Notes: a model not told the origin generated them from the letters alone. 32,000 bases of DNA from Erysipelotrichaceae bacterium (GCA_963663995.1 OY760660.1:1050001-1082000); one strand, 5' to 3'; positions 1 through 9,570 are shown, counted from the first letter of the stretch. Made by a program: numbers and translations.

Positions 1-1
1 A

Positions 2-418
2 TTTATGCGCGCTAATGGAAATTTAACACAATGGCCAGATACTTATCCAAATGCTGATGTATTACGTGATGATATTAAAAAAGGTGAACTATTTGTCTTT
101 GAAGAAAATGGAAGAGTTCATGGTGTATTCGCCTTTATCTTAGGAAATGATCCAACTTATGATGTGATTGAAGATGGAGCATGGTTGAGTGATTCAGCTT
201 ATGGCACAATCCATAGAATAGCAAGTGATGGAAGTATTAAAGGACTTTTTGATCAATGTATTAGTTATTGTAAACAAAGTATTAATCACCTTCGCATTGA
301 CACCCATCAATATAATAAAACTATGCAATATGTCATTAAGAAAAATGGATTTCAATATTGTGGCATCATTTATACGGATAATGGTAGTCCAAGGGTAGCT
401 TTTGAATATCTTCCTTAA
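2..418 (+). CDS. GNAT-family N-acetyltransferase, probably 5'-truncated by the window edge
   Basis: ORF track 5..418. By eye the sequence resembles the C-terminal two-thirds of small GNAT acetyltransferases. The frame is open back to the window start, so the ATG at 5 is probably internal. Confidence 0.6.
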   Translation, partial: FMRANGNLTQWPDTYPNADVLRDDIKKGELFVFEENGRVHGVFAFILGNDPTYDVIEDGAWLSDSAYGTIHRIASDGSIKGLFDQCISYCKQSINHLRIDTHQYNKTMQYVIKKNGFQYCGIIYTDNGSPRVAFEYLP

Positions 419-421
419 ACT

Positions 422-2365
422 TTATCGGTTTGAAAAATAATCTAAATTAAGTATGCGATAGCTAAACTCAGCTGTCGTTTTTACTTTTTGTTTCATATTA
501 TCAATAAATGTATCGTCAAGCTCAATATTATCATTTGGAAAAAATTTAGCTTTACTGGTGTAGTAGTACCCTTCATCACTTATCCAAGAATAACTTGGAA
601 AACTAACAGTATGTTTAATGCTAGTATCAAAAATATCTTGACCAAAATAAAGTCGAGGATCATAGTCTATTCCAAATAAATTTGCAAGGGTTGGAGTAAT
701 ATCGATTGTACTAGATAGGGTTGAAATAGTTTGTCCAACTAATGTTGAATTGTAAATAATGAAAGGTGATTTATAAATATTTAAATCACTGCCACGATCA
801 ACATCTTGTTGAGTATTTTCAATAATATCCGTTTTAGATGTTTTTAGTGGGAAATGATCTGAATACAAGACAATAACGGTATTTTCTAATATTCCATCAT
901 TCTTTAATTCATTCAATAATGTTTCCAATGCTTTATCAACTTCGATTGCTTTTGATAAGTAACGTTGAATATTCAAAGGTGCATCAGGGTAGATTGATTG
1001 AACAGTATCTAAATAACGATTACCCAAGGTTGAGTCAACATCATAAGGAAAGTGTGTACTCGCACTAACAATAAAACTAAAGAATAGATTCTTATCAACA
1101 AAGTGTGGGCATGATTCTTCAATCAAGTTAACATCACTTGGCCAACCATATAGAGTCTTTATCTCAAGACTTTGGTTATCATAGAAGTGATCACTTCCCA
1201 TTGATTCATGCCAAATGGTACGATCGTAAAATTCATCTGAATAACTATGATAAGAACTGGAATAGTAATTGGCACTATTAAAGATTTCAAAGATATTTTG
1301 ATCAAACGCATTAGTTGTATAAGTATTTGGCGAACAGATTCCTAATCTTGGAATCAGTGATGTAAGTGCCATAAACTCACTGTCCCCGGTTGTACAAGAA
1401 AACTGTGGAGCATAGAACTGGTCAAAGTAAAATGAATTTTGACTCATCATGTATAAAGTTGGCGTTAATTGCTCATCGATCGCCATTAAATCAAAGGCTT
1501 CAATTTGCATTAAAATTAGATTTTTACCCGCAAATAAACCTGTCATTTCATTTTTAGGACTAATTGTTTTAGACATCAAATACTGATCAATTTCTTTTAT
1601 CGTCTCATTATTTTCGACAGCACTTAATTCAATCCATGCACTATCATCAATAACTCTTGAATAATCGACTTCTACAATTTCCTCAACTTCCTCAGTTTCT
1701 TCCTCTGGAAGAATTAATACAGGTTGGAATTGCGATTGATCACTCAAGATATCTCTGACACTTGTCGTGATTAAGCCTAATTCCTTGAAGCTAGTTTCAA
1801 TCAAAAAAGGTTGATGATAGAGTTCAACGGCTGTGTACACACTGTTATTGTTTTCAAATAATTTTAATATTTTATCTATTTGCAAATGAACAGAAAGACT
1901 GATAAACAACAATACAAAAGCTGCCCGAAATTTGAAATGATACCCTTCTTTATTAGTAAAAAAAGCATAGATGATAAGTGGTACAAAAAGTAGAACACTA
2001 TTTATTGGGATAAATTTGAGAAATTCAAAAGCAAAACCTTCACTCACTTTAAACAACATATCTTTGACAAGTTGATACGTAAAGAACACATTCATATATT
2101 TGATATATGTCAGCTGCGCAATCGCTATGATGATAAAGAAAGAAATAATAATGACATGTAAAATCACTCGATATCTAGCATTAAAGATTAATGAAATGGA
2201 ATAGATGAATAAAGCAGAGGAGAGTGAGAGTATTATTATCTGCATCAGTTCTTCGAAACTTAATGTCAAACCTAATAATAATCTAAAAATAATCTCTATT
2301 GATAATAATAAAGATGCTAAAGAAAGTAGCTGTATAAATAGATTCTTTAATAAGTGCTTTATCAT
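422..2365 (-). CDS. LtaS-family (lipoteichoic acid synthase-like) membrane sulfatase-fold protein / phosphoglycerol transferase
   Basis: 647 aa. The N-terminal ~170 aa are strongly hydrophobic (multiple TM helices), followed by a soluble sulfatase-type domain. It contains CTTGDSEF, which resembles the catalytic Thr motif region of LtaS-type enzymes (from memory). Confidence 0.7.
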   Translation of the reverse strand: MIKHLLKNLFIQLLSLASLLLSIEIIFRLLLGLTLSFEELMQIIILSLSSALFIYSISLIFNARYRVILHVIIISFFIIIAIAQLTYIKYMNVFFTYQLVKDMLFKVSEGFAFEFLKFIPINSVLLFVPLIIYAFFTNKEGYHFKFRAAFVLLFISLSVHLQIDKILKLFENNNSVYTAVELYHQPFLIETSFKELGLITTSVRDILSDQSQFQPVLILPEEETEEVEEIVEVDYSRVIDDSAWIELSAVENNETIKEIDQYLMSKTISPKNEMTGLFAGKNLILMQIEAFDLMAIDEQLTPTLYMMSQNSFYFDQFYAPQFSCTTGDSEFMALTSLIPRLGICSPNTYTTNAFDQNIFEIFNSANYYSSSYHSYSDEFYDRTIWHESMGSDHFYDNQSLEIKTLYGWPSDVNLIEESCPHFVDKNLFFSFIVSASTHFPYDVDSTLGNRYLDTVQSIYPDAPLNIQRYLSKAIEVDKALETLLNELKNDGILENTVIVLYSDHFPLKTSKTDIIENTQQDVDRGSDLNIYKSPFIIYNSTLVGQTISTLSSTIDITPTLANLFGIDYDPRLYFGQDIFDTSIKHTVSFPSYSWISDEGYYYTSKAKFFPNDNIELDDTFIDNMKQKVKTTAEFSYRILNLDYFSNR

Positions 2366-2438
2366 GTGAAAATCATAACATAAGCTTTATATAATAAAAA
2401 ATTAAGAGTACAAATCTTTTACTGAAAGAAATTGTATA

Positions 2439-3761
2439 TTAAAAAATAACTTCATTTTCAGACTTTAGAAATACTTCAAATAAATAATAAGGAATATACA
2501 AGATTCCTAAGTCATCATTATAGCCCACATTTTTTGTTGATATACGAATTGATTGTCCTGGTGAATACTTATTAATGAAGTTTGAAAATGAGATTGAGTG
2601 TGTATTTGTGGATGATTTAACTTCAATAGGGCAAATTTGTCCTTCATAATTTATTATGAAATCAATTTCTGAATTGTTACTTGGTTCAAAATAATACATT
2701 TCTTTATCAAATGAATGTAGCATTTGGGCAGTTATATTTTCATAAATCGCACCCTTATATACACCTAAATCACCTTTTAATAATGAAGCAATCGTCCCAT
2801 CATCAAACTGGGAAACGAGCAATCCAGTGTCAGCCATGTATATCTTAAATGCTTCAAGTTCTTTATATGCTTCTATTGGGTTTAATATTTGACTAACACG
2901 ATTTACTTTTATTATCAAACCACTATCAACAAGCCAACGTAAACTCGACTCAAAATAACGAGCATTATATCCTCTTTTAATCACACTATATTGAAATTTT
3001 TTATTATCTTTTGCTAATTGGATAGGTATTGATTCAAAACATTCTCTAGTCTTAATTCGGTCACTACCACTTGCATATTTTGCCATATCATTAAAATAGT
3101 CGTGGTGGATTCTGCGTTGAACAATTAATGCTTCTCGATATGACTTATTTTCTAAAAAAACACTTACTACTTCTGGCATTCCTCCTACAATTAAATAGTC
3201 TCTAAAGAAATCATTCATTTTCAAATGAATAGATTCACTTAAAGCTTTTCGATGTATCAGAGAATTTTCAAGGTTTGTATATAAACTTTCATCCAGATCT
3301 AACGCCCATAAAAACTCAGTAAATGATAATGGATTCATGTCCCAAGTTTCTACATAACCAACTGGAAATGATGTGCTTTCTGAAATCGCCACACCTAAAA
3401 GACTACCTGAACAGATAATATCTGTTGGGAAATTTGTTGACATAAATTTTAAACTTGTTAATGCATCTGGACATGCTTGAATTTCATCAAGAAATAGAAC
3501 TGTCTCATGATTAAAATTTTTATCGAGATATGTCAGTTTTAGATATTCTAGTATGTCTTTAGGGTTTCTAGTTCTTTTAAATAAATCTACAAATTCTAGT
3601 TGCATCTCAAAATTAATTTCAATTACTTCCTTATAATTCAATTGTGCAAATTTTCGAATACTAAAAGTTTTTCCTACTTGCCGTGCCCCTTTTATAATGA
3701 GTGGTTTTTTTGATTCTAGTTGAAACCAATCATTTAATCTTGTATCAATGTGTCTTTTCAT
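2439..3761 (-). CDS. AAA-family ATPase with DUF4143-type C-terminal domain (function unknown)
   Basis: 440 aa with Walker A GARQVGKT near the N-terminus and Walker B-like LFLDEIQ. The overall layout matches the widespread AAA_14 + DUF4143 predicted ATPases. Confidence 0.7.
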   Translation of the reverse strand: MKRHIDTRLNDWFQLESKKPLIIKGARQVGKTFSIRKFAQLNYKEVIEINFEMQLEFVDLFKRTRNPKDILEYLKLTYLDKNFNHETVLFLDEIQACPDALTSLKFMSTNFPTDIICSGSLLGVAISESTSFPVGYVETWDMNPLSFTEFLWALDLDESLYTNLENSLIHRKALSESIHLKMNDFFRDYLIVGGMPEVVSVFLENKSYREALIVQRRIHHDYFNDMAKYASGSDRIKTRECFESIPIQLAKDNKKFQYSVIKRGYNARYFESSLRWLVDSGLIIKVNRVSQILNPIEAYKELEAFKIYMADTGLLVSQFDDGTIASLLKGDLGVYKGAIYENITAQMLHSFDKEMYYFEPSNNSEIDFIINYEGQICPIEVKSSTNTHSISFSNFINKYSPGQSIRISTKNVGYNDDLGILYIPYYLFEVFLKSENEVIF

Positions 3762-3801
3762 AGGTATATTTTACATCTATGCGTATTAAAATGCAATTAT
3801 C

Positions 3802-3815
3802 ATATTTTTACGCAT
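3802..3815. repeat. 14-nt direct repeat copy 1 (atatttttacgcat)
   Basis: Identical to 3834..3847. An inverted partner of the core (atgcgta) lies at 3779..3785. All copies are in the upstream region of the ATPase gene. Confidence 0.8.
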
Positions 3816-3833
3816 GTTTTATAGGTCATAGAT

Positions 3834-3847
3834 ATATTTTTACGCAT
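3834..3847. repeat. 14-nt direct repeat copy 2 (atatttttacgcat)
   Basis: Exact copy of 3802..3815, 32 bp away, directly abutting the polyamine-operon terminator. Confidence 0.8.
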
Positions 3848-3848
3848 C

Positions 3849-3872
3849 AAAAAAAGCTCATTAATGAGCTTT
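3849..3872 (-). terminator. Intrinsic terminator of the polyamine operon
   Basis: On the minus strand AAAGCTCA-TTAA-TGAGCTTT (8-bp stem) is followed by a T run. It starts 4 nt after the stop of the last operon gene. Confidence 0.7.
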
Positions 3873-3875
3873 GAT

Positions 3876-4991
3876 TTATAATCTTGACTTAAAATCTGAA
3901 TAGCTGAACTCTTTCAAGCATTTTATTTCACCTTTTAAGTTCTTAAGTGCAATGCTTGGAAGTGGAATACCATTAAATGTGTTTGTTTTCACGATTGTAT
4001 AGAGTGCCATATCCTCAAAAACAAGTTCTTCACCTATCTCAAGTTTATGATCGAAGCTATAATCCCCAATCACATCACCTGCTAAACAAGAAGGACCCCC
4101 CAAACGATATTTGTAATGTGCATCCTTTAATGAACTCGTAATTCTAGGTGTATAAGGTACTTCTAATACATCAGGCATGTGGCAAGTAGCAGAAGTATCT
4201 AATATCGCAATATCAATGCCATTGTTTACAAGGTCTATGACTTTTGAGACAAGTACTCCAGCGTTTAAAACGACAGCCTCACCAGGTTCTAGATAGATCG
4301 TTAAATGTGGATGTCTAGCTTTAAATGCTTGAATACTAGTGATGAGCAGTTCTACATTATAATCATCACGTGTAATGTGATGACCTCCACCAAAATTAAC
4401 CCATTTCAATTGAGGAATATAGTCTTTAAATACCTTCTCAAAAACATCTAAAGTTTCTACAAAGGGCTCTGAGCCTTGCTCACATAAAGTATGAAAATGT
4501 AATCCATCCACATGAGACATTAAATCATCACGCATATCAGAGATTTTGACTCCAAAACGAGATCCAATCGCACATGGATCATACATTCCACCCCCTTGGG
4601 TTGAATGTTCAGGATTAATTCTTAATCCAAAGCTTTTACCTTTTAGAATTACTTTGTCTTGAAACTTCTCAAGTTGTGAAAAGGAGTTGAAGATAATATG
4701 ATCACAGATATCAACAATCTCATCAAAATCTTCATCTTGATAAGCAGGAGAAAAAACATGATTCTCCTTTTTCATTTCTTCAAAGCCAAGCTTTGCTTCA
4801 TACAAGCCACTTGCGGTTACACCATCAAGATATTCAGCAATCAATGGATAAAATGCATAAGAAGAAAAGGCTTTTTGGGCAAGTAAAATCTTACAGCCTG
4901 CTTTTTCTTTAACTTCTTTTAAAAGTTTTAAATTCTTTAACAGCTTATCTTCTTCAATGAGAAAATAAGGCGTTCTAATATTTGACAACAT
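3876..4991 (-). CDS. nspC: Carboxy(nor)spermidine decarboxylase (CASDC/CANSDC)
   Basis: The N-terminus MLSNIRTPYFLIEEDKLLKNLKLL...KILLAQKAFS...LDGVTASGLYEAKLG matches the NspC family by eye. I place the start at the ATG at 4991 (TAATG overlap with the upstream stop), not the track start at 5039. Confidence 0.85.
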   Translation of the reverse strand: MLSNIRTPYFLIEEDKLLKNLKLLKEVKEKAGCKILLAQKAFSSYAFYPLIAEYLDGVTASGLYEAKLGFEEMKKENHVFSPAYQDEDFDEIVDICDHIIFNSFSQLEKFQDKVILKGKSFGLRINPEHSTQGGGMYDPCAIGSRFGVKISDMRDDLMSHVDGLHFHTLCEQGSEPFVETLDVFEKVFKDYIPQLKWVNFGGGHHITRDDYNVELLITSIQAFKARHPHLTIYLEPGEAVVLNAGVLVSKVIDLVNNGIDIAILDTSATCHMPDVLEVPYTPRITSSLKDAHYKYRLGGPSCLAGDVIGDYSFDHKLEIGEELVFEDMALYTIVKTNTFNGIPLPSIALKNLKGEIKCLKEFSYSDFKSRL

Positions 4992-6190
4992 TAATCTACC
5001 AAGACTGGATTGAAGTCTTCTTGCCATGGGAGTCCCCACTCATTTAAAGCATCCATAAACGGATCTGGATCAAATTCTTCAATATTGTGAACACCTGGCA
5101 TATTCCATTTGCCTTGAAGTATCAACATCGCACCAATCATCGCAGGAACACCAGTTGTATATGAAATCGCTTGTGAACCAACTTCTCTATAACAATCTTG
5201 ATGATCTTTAACATTGTAGACATAATATTTTACATCTTTACCATCTTTAGTCCCTTGGTAAATGCAACCAATATTGGTTTTACCCACTGTTCTAGGTCCA
5301 AGTGAAGCAGGATCTGGAAGGACAGCTTTTAAGAATTGTAGGGGAATAATTTCTTTGCCTTCAAAAAGTATAGGTTCGATGGATGTCATTCCCACATTTT
5401 CTAAAACAGTTAGATGACGAATGTAGCTTTCTCCAAATGTCATAAAGAAACGAATACGTTCGATGCCTTTAATATTTTGAGCCAATGATTCAAGTTCTTC
5501 ATGGTAAAGAAGATACATGTCCTTTTCACCTACTTGATCAAAATTATAAACACGCTTGATTTCTAGTGGTTTAGTCTCATGAAATTCACCATTTTCAAAA
5601 TAACGTCCATTCGATGTTATTTCACGAATATTAATTTCAGGGTTGAAGTTAGTCGCGAATGGATAACCATGGTCTCCACCATTACAGTCTAAGATATCAA
5701 TTTGTTTGATTTCATCGAAGTAGTGTTTCATCGCATAAGCACTGAAAACACCTGTAACACCTGGATCAAAACCACTGCCTAAAAGAGCAGTAATCCCAGC
5801 TTTTTCAAAACGCTCACGGTAAGCCCATTGCCAGCTATATTCAAATTTAGCAGTATCTTTTGGCTCATAGTTTGCAGTATCAACATAATGTGTTTTTGTC
5901 ACTAAACAAGCATCCATAATTTTTAAATCTTGATAAGGTAGTGCTAAGTTTACGACAACATCTGGTTGATATTCATTGATGAGTTCAATCAGTGCTTGTG
6001 TATCATCAGCATCAATAGCACGTGTACTGATGTTTACACCTTTGCCATTGAGTTCTTTCTTAAGGGCATCACATTTTGAAACAGTGCGTGATGCGATCAT
6101 TAAATCGGTAAATACGTCTTTATTTTGGACCATTTTATGAATGGCAACGGATGCGACGCCTCCACATCCAATAACTAAAGTTTTTGACAT
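4991..6190 (-). CDS. Carboxy(nor)spermidine dehydrogenase / synthase (saccharopine dehydrogenase family)
   Basis: 399 aa with N-terminal Rossmann motif VIGCGGVASV. Length and synteny directly upstream of nspC are typical of CASDH/CANSDH. An AAGGAGG SD precedes the ATG. Confidence 0.85.
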   Translation of the reverse strand: MSKTLVIGCGGVASVAIHKMVQNKDVFTDLMIASRTVSKCDALKKELNGKGVNISTRAIDADDTQALIELINEYQPDVVVNLALPYQDLKIMDACLVTKTHYVDTANYEPKDTAKFEYSWQWAYRERFEKAGITALLGSGFDPGVTGVFSAYAMKHYFDEIKQIDILDCNGGDHGYPFATNFNPEINIREITSNGRYFENGEFHETKPLEIKRVYNFDQVGEKDMYLLYHEELESLAQNIKGIERIRFFMTFGESYIRHLTVLENVGMTSIEPILFEGKEIIPLQFLKAVLPDPASLGPRTVGKTNIGCIYQGTKDGKDVKYYVYNVKDHQDCYREVGSQAISYTTGVPAMIGAMLILQGKWNMPGVHNIEEFDPDPFMDALNEWGLPWQEDFNPVLVD

Positions 6191-6202
6191 TTTAGTCCTC
6201 CT

Positions 6203-7057
6203 TTATTTAACAATGGTTAATAATAATTCTCTAAATGTTTTAATCGCAACAGCGGTTGATGCCCCACTTGGATCTATGTGAGGAGCAAGTTCAACTAAAT
6301 CTGCTCCGACAATCTTTAAATCTTTGAGTGAATATATTGCATTCACTAGTTCTTTAAAACTAACACCTCCAGGTTCAGGTGTCCCTGTTCCTGGAAAAGC
6401 ACTTGGATCTAAGACATCTAAATCAATGGTGAGATACACATCTTTACCTTTAAGTTTTTCGACAACTTCTTCTAAACCATCAAAATTATGTAAGTTAATA
6501 AATTGATGTTCTTTCGCATAATCAAATTCTTCTTTTAAACCTGAACGAATACCAAATTGGAAGAGTTTATGATCTCCAGCCAACATCGCCATTTTCTTTA
6601 AGACCGTTGCGTGAGATAGAGGTGATCCACCAAATTCATCTCTTAAATCTGTATGTGCATCAAAATGAATGATATGTACATCAGGGTATTTCTTAATGAT
6701 TGATCTAAACGCACCTAAACTGACTAAATGTTCGCCACCAATCATGATGGGTGTTTTATCATCATTTAAAACTTCATCAGTAAAGGCTTCAATGTTATCT
6801 AAGACTTTAGCGGCTGAGCCATAAGGAAGTTCTAAGTCACCACCATCAAATATTTTTAACTCATATAAATCTTTATCTAAAACAGGTGAGTATGACTCGT
6901 AGCCTAAAAATGAATCATGTCTCATCACAGCAGAGGCAAAACGTGTTCCTGGTCTATAACTTGTTGTCCCATCAAAAGGAGCTCCAAAGACAACATGCGT
7001 TGCTTCTTCGTAATCAGCTTCACAACCAATAAAAGTTTCAATGTTTGCTTTCAACAT
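6203..7057 (-). CDS. speB: Agmatinase-family ureohydrolase (agmatinase, or possibly aminopropylagmatine ureohydrolase)
   Basis: Arginase-fold Mn-binding motifs are present: GGEH, HFDAHTD, DLDVLDP. The start overlaps the speE stop (TAATG). Confidence 0.8.
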   Translation of the reverse strand: MLKANIETFIGCEADYEEATHVVFGAPFDGTTSYRPGTRFASAVMRHDSFLGYESYSPVLDKDLYELKIFDGGDLELPYGSAAKVLDNIEAFTDEVLNDDKTPIMIGGEHLVSLGAFRSIIKKYPDVHIIHFDAHTDLRDEFGGSPLSHATVLKKMAMLAGDHKLFQFGIRSGLKEEFDYAKEHQFINLHNFDGLEEVVEKLKGKDVYLTIDLDVLDPSAFPGTGTPEPGGVSFKELVNAIYSLKDLKIVGADLVELAPHIDPSGASTAVAIKTFRELLLTIVK

Positions 7058-7899
7058 TATTTAAGTAACTCCTTAACATAGTTAGGTAGCGCAAAGGCTC
7101 CACGATGTAAATCTGTATTGTAGTATTCAGTATCTAAATCTAAAGCATTCCACTCATCAGCTTTTAAATCCTTAATCGCATCTAAACCCTTTGACGCAAA
7201 TCCAAATGTCCAATGTCCAGCTGGAAATGAAGGAATATGAGCTTCATAAATTTGTGAAACCTCAAAGGTTTTTGAAATACGTTTATGAATTCTTTTTAGA
7301 ATATTCGCATCATTTTCATAGAATGGTGATTCATGTTGGTTTACTAAAATACCATTGTTTTCAAGAATATTATAACAGTGACCATAAAATTCTTTGGTAA
7401 ATAGCACTTCACCTGGTCCATAAGGATCTGAAGAATCAACAATAATTAAGTCATATTTGATTTTAGAATGACGCATAAATTTTAATGCATCTTGAACATA
7501 CAAAGTACAACGGGGATCATCAAAGCCTGCTGCTTCATAAGGGAAAAACTCTTTAGCGACTTCAACAAGTTGTTCATCAATTTCAACAACATCAATTTTC
7601 TCGATTGTTTTAAAATCACTTAGTTCACGGGCAACTCCCCCATTACCTGCTCCAATAACTAAAACTTTTTTAATATCTAAGTTCACAGCCATTGGTACAT
7701 GTACTAACATTTCGTAGTAAATGAAATCATCTTTCTCAGTTAACATTAAATAACCATCTAAGGTTAAAAAACGACCATATTCAACGGAATCAAAAACATC
7801 GATTCGTTGATATTCGCTTTGAGAACTATGTAATTGTTTTTCAATTTTAATGGAGAATTTAACATTATCCGTATGTAATTCTGAATACCATAAATCCAT
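7057..7899 (-). CDS. speE: Polyamine aminopropyltransferase (spermidine synthase family)
   Basis: N-terminus MDLWYSE..., then VLVIGAGNGG and DSSDP motifs typical of SpeE. The start overlaps the speA stop (TAATG). Confidence 0.88.
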   Translation of the reverse strand: MDLWYSELHTDNVKFSIKIEKQLHSSQSEYQRIDVFDSVEYGRFLTLDGYLMLTEKDDFIYYEMLVHVPMAVNLDIKKVLVIGAGNGGVARELSDFKTIEKIDVVEIDEQLVEVAKEFFPYEAAGFDDPRCTLYVQDALKFMRHSKIKYDLIIVDSSDPYGPGEVLFTKEFYGHCYNILENNGILVNQHESPFYENDANILKRIHKRISKTFEVSQIYEAHIPSFPAGHWTFGFASKGLDAIKDLKADEWNALDLDTEYYNTDLHRGAFALPNYVKELLK

Positions 7900-9356
7900 T
7901 ACTTTTCCTCCATAAGAACTTCAATATAACGTTCTTCTCTTTCTTCTGTTCCAATTAAGAAACAACCTTTATCAACCGCATAAACAATGTAGTCGATAAT
8001 TTCTTTAGTAATTCTTTCACCAGGTGCCAAAATAGGAATACCTGGTGGATACAACATAACAAATTCGCCACAGATTTTATCTTGAGCTAAACGCATTGGG
8101 ATAAAATCTTGGTAAGCATAGAAAGCATCTTGTGGTGTCATCACGACATCAGGAGAGATGTATTCATGGTCTAACATACCAGTACTTTCTTTTTTATAAA
8201 TACGCTTAATATCAACTAAAGCTGAAACTAATCGTTCAATATTTTTTTGTGTATCTCCTAAAGAAATATAAGCAAGTGTATTACCAATATCTCCAAATTC
8301 AAGTTGTATATCATAATCATCACGCAGGATATCGTAAATTTCAATCCCGGCTAAACCTAAACCTAAAGTATTAATCGATAGTTTTGTTGGATCAAAATCA
8401 TAAATGGTGTCACCATTGACTAGTTCATGGGCAAAGGCGTAATAATCACCAATATCATTGATTTCTTCACGTGCATATTCAGCTAATTTTGCGACTTTCG
8501 CAAAGATTTTCTTTCCATCAAGTGCCAATTTCTTACGTGATATATCTAAACTAGATAAGAGTAAATATGAACCAGAGGTTGTTTGCGTTAAGTTAATGAT
8601 TTGACGAACATCATTCACATCTACATTCTCACCTAATAATAAGAATGAACTTTGGGTTAATGAACCCCCACTTTTATGCATACTGACACTACTCATATCA
8701 GCTCCAGCGGCCATCGCTGTCATTGGCATATCATCACCAAAATAGAAATGGGTTCCATGTGCTTCATCGACTAACATCTTCATACCATATTCATGGGCTA
8801 AATCAGTAATTGCTTTTAGGTTTGAACATATCCCATAATACGTTGGATTATTTATCAGCACCGCAACTGCATCAGGGTTATCTTTAATCGCTTTTTCAAC
8901 AGATGAGAGTTTCATCCCTAAAGGAATCCCTAGTTCTTTATTAATTTCAGGATTCACATAAATTGGTGTTGCCCCATTTAGTACTAAGGCATTAATAACT
9001 GAACGGTGCACATTACGAGGAAGTATAATCTTATCCCCTCTTTTACAAGAAGCAAGAATCATTGCTTGTACAGATGAAGTGGTTCCACCGACCATAAAGA
9101 AAACATGAGCTGCTCCAAATGCATCTGCAGCGAGTTCTTCAGCTTGTGAAATGATGGATGTTGGATGACAAAGATTATCCACAGGTTTCATGGAATTAAC
9201 ATCTAAGCTCATTGCTTGTGCCCCTAAGAATTCTGTTAATTCTTTATTTCCTACACCACGCTTATGTCCTGGCACATCAAACGGTACTAAACGAGAACGT
9301 TTAACCTGTTCGAGGGCTTCTTTAATCGGTGCTTTATTTTGATCTAATTTATACAT
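7899..9356 (-). CDS. speA: Arginine decarboxylase of the Orn/Lys/Arg decarboxylase (fold-type I PLP) family, Bacillus SpeA type
   Basis: Collinear by eye with B. subtilis SpeA (FDVPGHKRG..., PRNVHRS, VDEAHG, PLP-lysine motif SMHKSGGSLTQSS). I place the start at the ATG at 9356 because GGAG lies 8 nt upstream. The track's GTG start at 9440 runs through the leader terminator. Confidence 0.82.
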   Translation of the reverse strand: MYKLDQNKAPIKEALEQVKRSRLVPFDVPGHKRGVGNKELTEFLGAQAMSLDVNSMKPVDNLCHPTSIISQAEELAADAFGAAHVFFMVGGTTSSVQAMILASCKRGDKIILPRNVHRSVINALVLNGATPIYVNPEINKELGIPLGMKLSSVEKAIKDNPDAVAVLINNPTYYGICSNLKAITDLAHEYGMKMLVDEAHGTHFYFGDDMPMTAMAAGADMSSVSMHKSGGSLTQSSFLLLGENVDVNDVRQIINLTQTTSGSYLLLSSLDISRKKLALDGKKIFAKVAKLAEYAREEINDIGDYYAFAHELVNGDTIYDFDPTKLSINTLGLGLAGIEIYDILRDDYDIQLEFGDIGNTLAYISLGDTQKNIERLVSALVDIKRIYKKESTGMLDHEYISPDVVMTPQDAFYAYQDFIPMRLAQDKICGEFVMLYPPGIPILAPGERITKEIIDYIVYAVDKGCFLIGTEEREERYIEVLMEEK

Positions 9357-9374
9357 GACAATTTCTCCAGACAT

Positions 9375-9400
9375 TAAAAAACCAAGTATTACACTTGGTT
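9375..9400 (-). terminator. Leader (attenuator) terminator just upstream of the speA SD
   Basis: Minus strand: AACCAAGT-GTAAT-ACTTGGTT followed by TTTTT. It ends about 10 nt before the GGAG SD of speA. Confidence 0.7.
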
Positions 9401-9429
9401 TCAAAGAGTCGATTGGGTCACAACAATTA

Positions 9430-9448
9430 CTGTCCGACACGTATGGCT
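9430..9448 (-). repeat. Leader motif copy 2 (RNA sense AGCCAUAC-GUGU-CGGACAG)
   Basis: Same as copy 1 at 9571..9584 except for a 5-nt insertion (ACACG as read on the plus strand). It lies inside the helix-enclosed domain upstream of the terminator. Confidence 0.75.
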
Positions 9449-9507
9449 GAAGTTATGTTAGCTTCTACCACTCTTATTGATCTTTTCACAAGTGTATTTT
9501 AACTTAT

Positions 9508-9529
9508 AAAAATTGAGCTCTTAACTCAA
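9508..9529 (-). terminator. First hairpin + U-tract inside the leader (possible upstream attenuator)
   Basis: Minus strand: TTGAGTT-AAG-AGCTCAA (7 bp including one G-U) followed by TTTTTAT. Confidence 0.4.
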
Positions 9530-9570
9530 ACAATAAGGCAACAATGTTGCCGGTCCGGCTAACGACCTAG

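Noticed and set aside
419-421. Convergent GNAT and LtaS-like genes separated by only 3 nt with no room for terminators.
   Set aside because: Noted as a compact junction, but no structure or motif could be supported. It is probably ordinary convergent overlap of transcription ends.
488-679. Short ORFs antisense to or nested in larger genes: 488..679, 4698..4886, 6324..6506, 7191..7400, 9671..9871, 11229..11414, 14210..14407, 16661..16864, 17944..18231, 19209..19391, 19779..19967, 20629..20838, 23115..23366, 25079..25291.
   Set aside because: Each lies fully or largely inside a longer ORF with clear family features. None has an SD, and their low-complexity AT-driven composition is typical of spurious frames.
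9357-9440. An N-terminal extension of speA from a GTG at 9440, and a possible leader peptide.
   Set aside because: The extension has no SD and reads straight through the terminator hairpin. The ATG at 9356 has GGAG at ideal spacing. I found no convincing small ORF with an SD in the leader.
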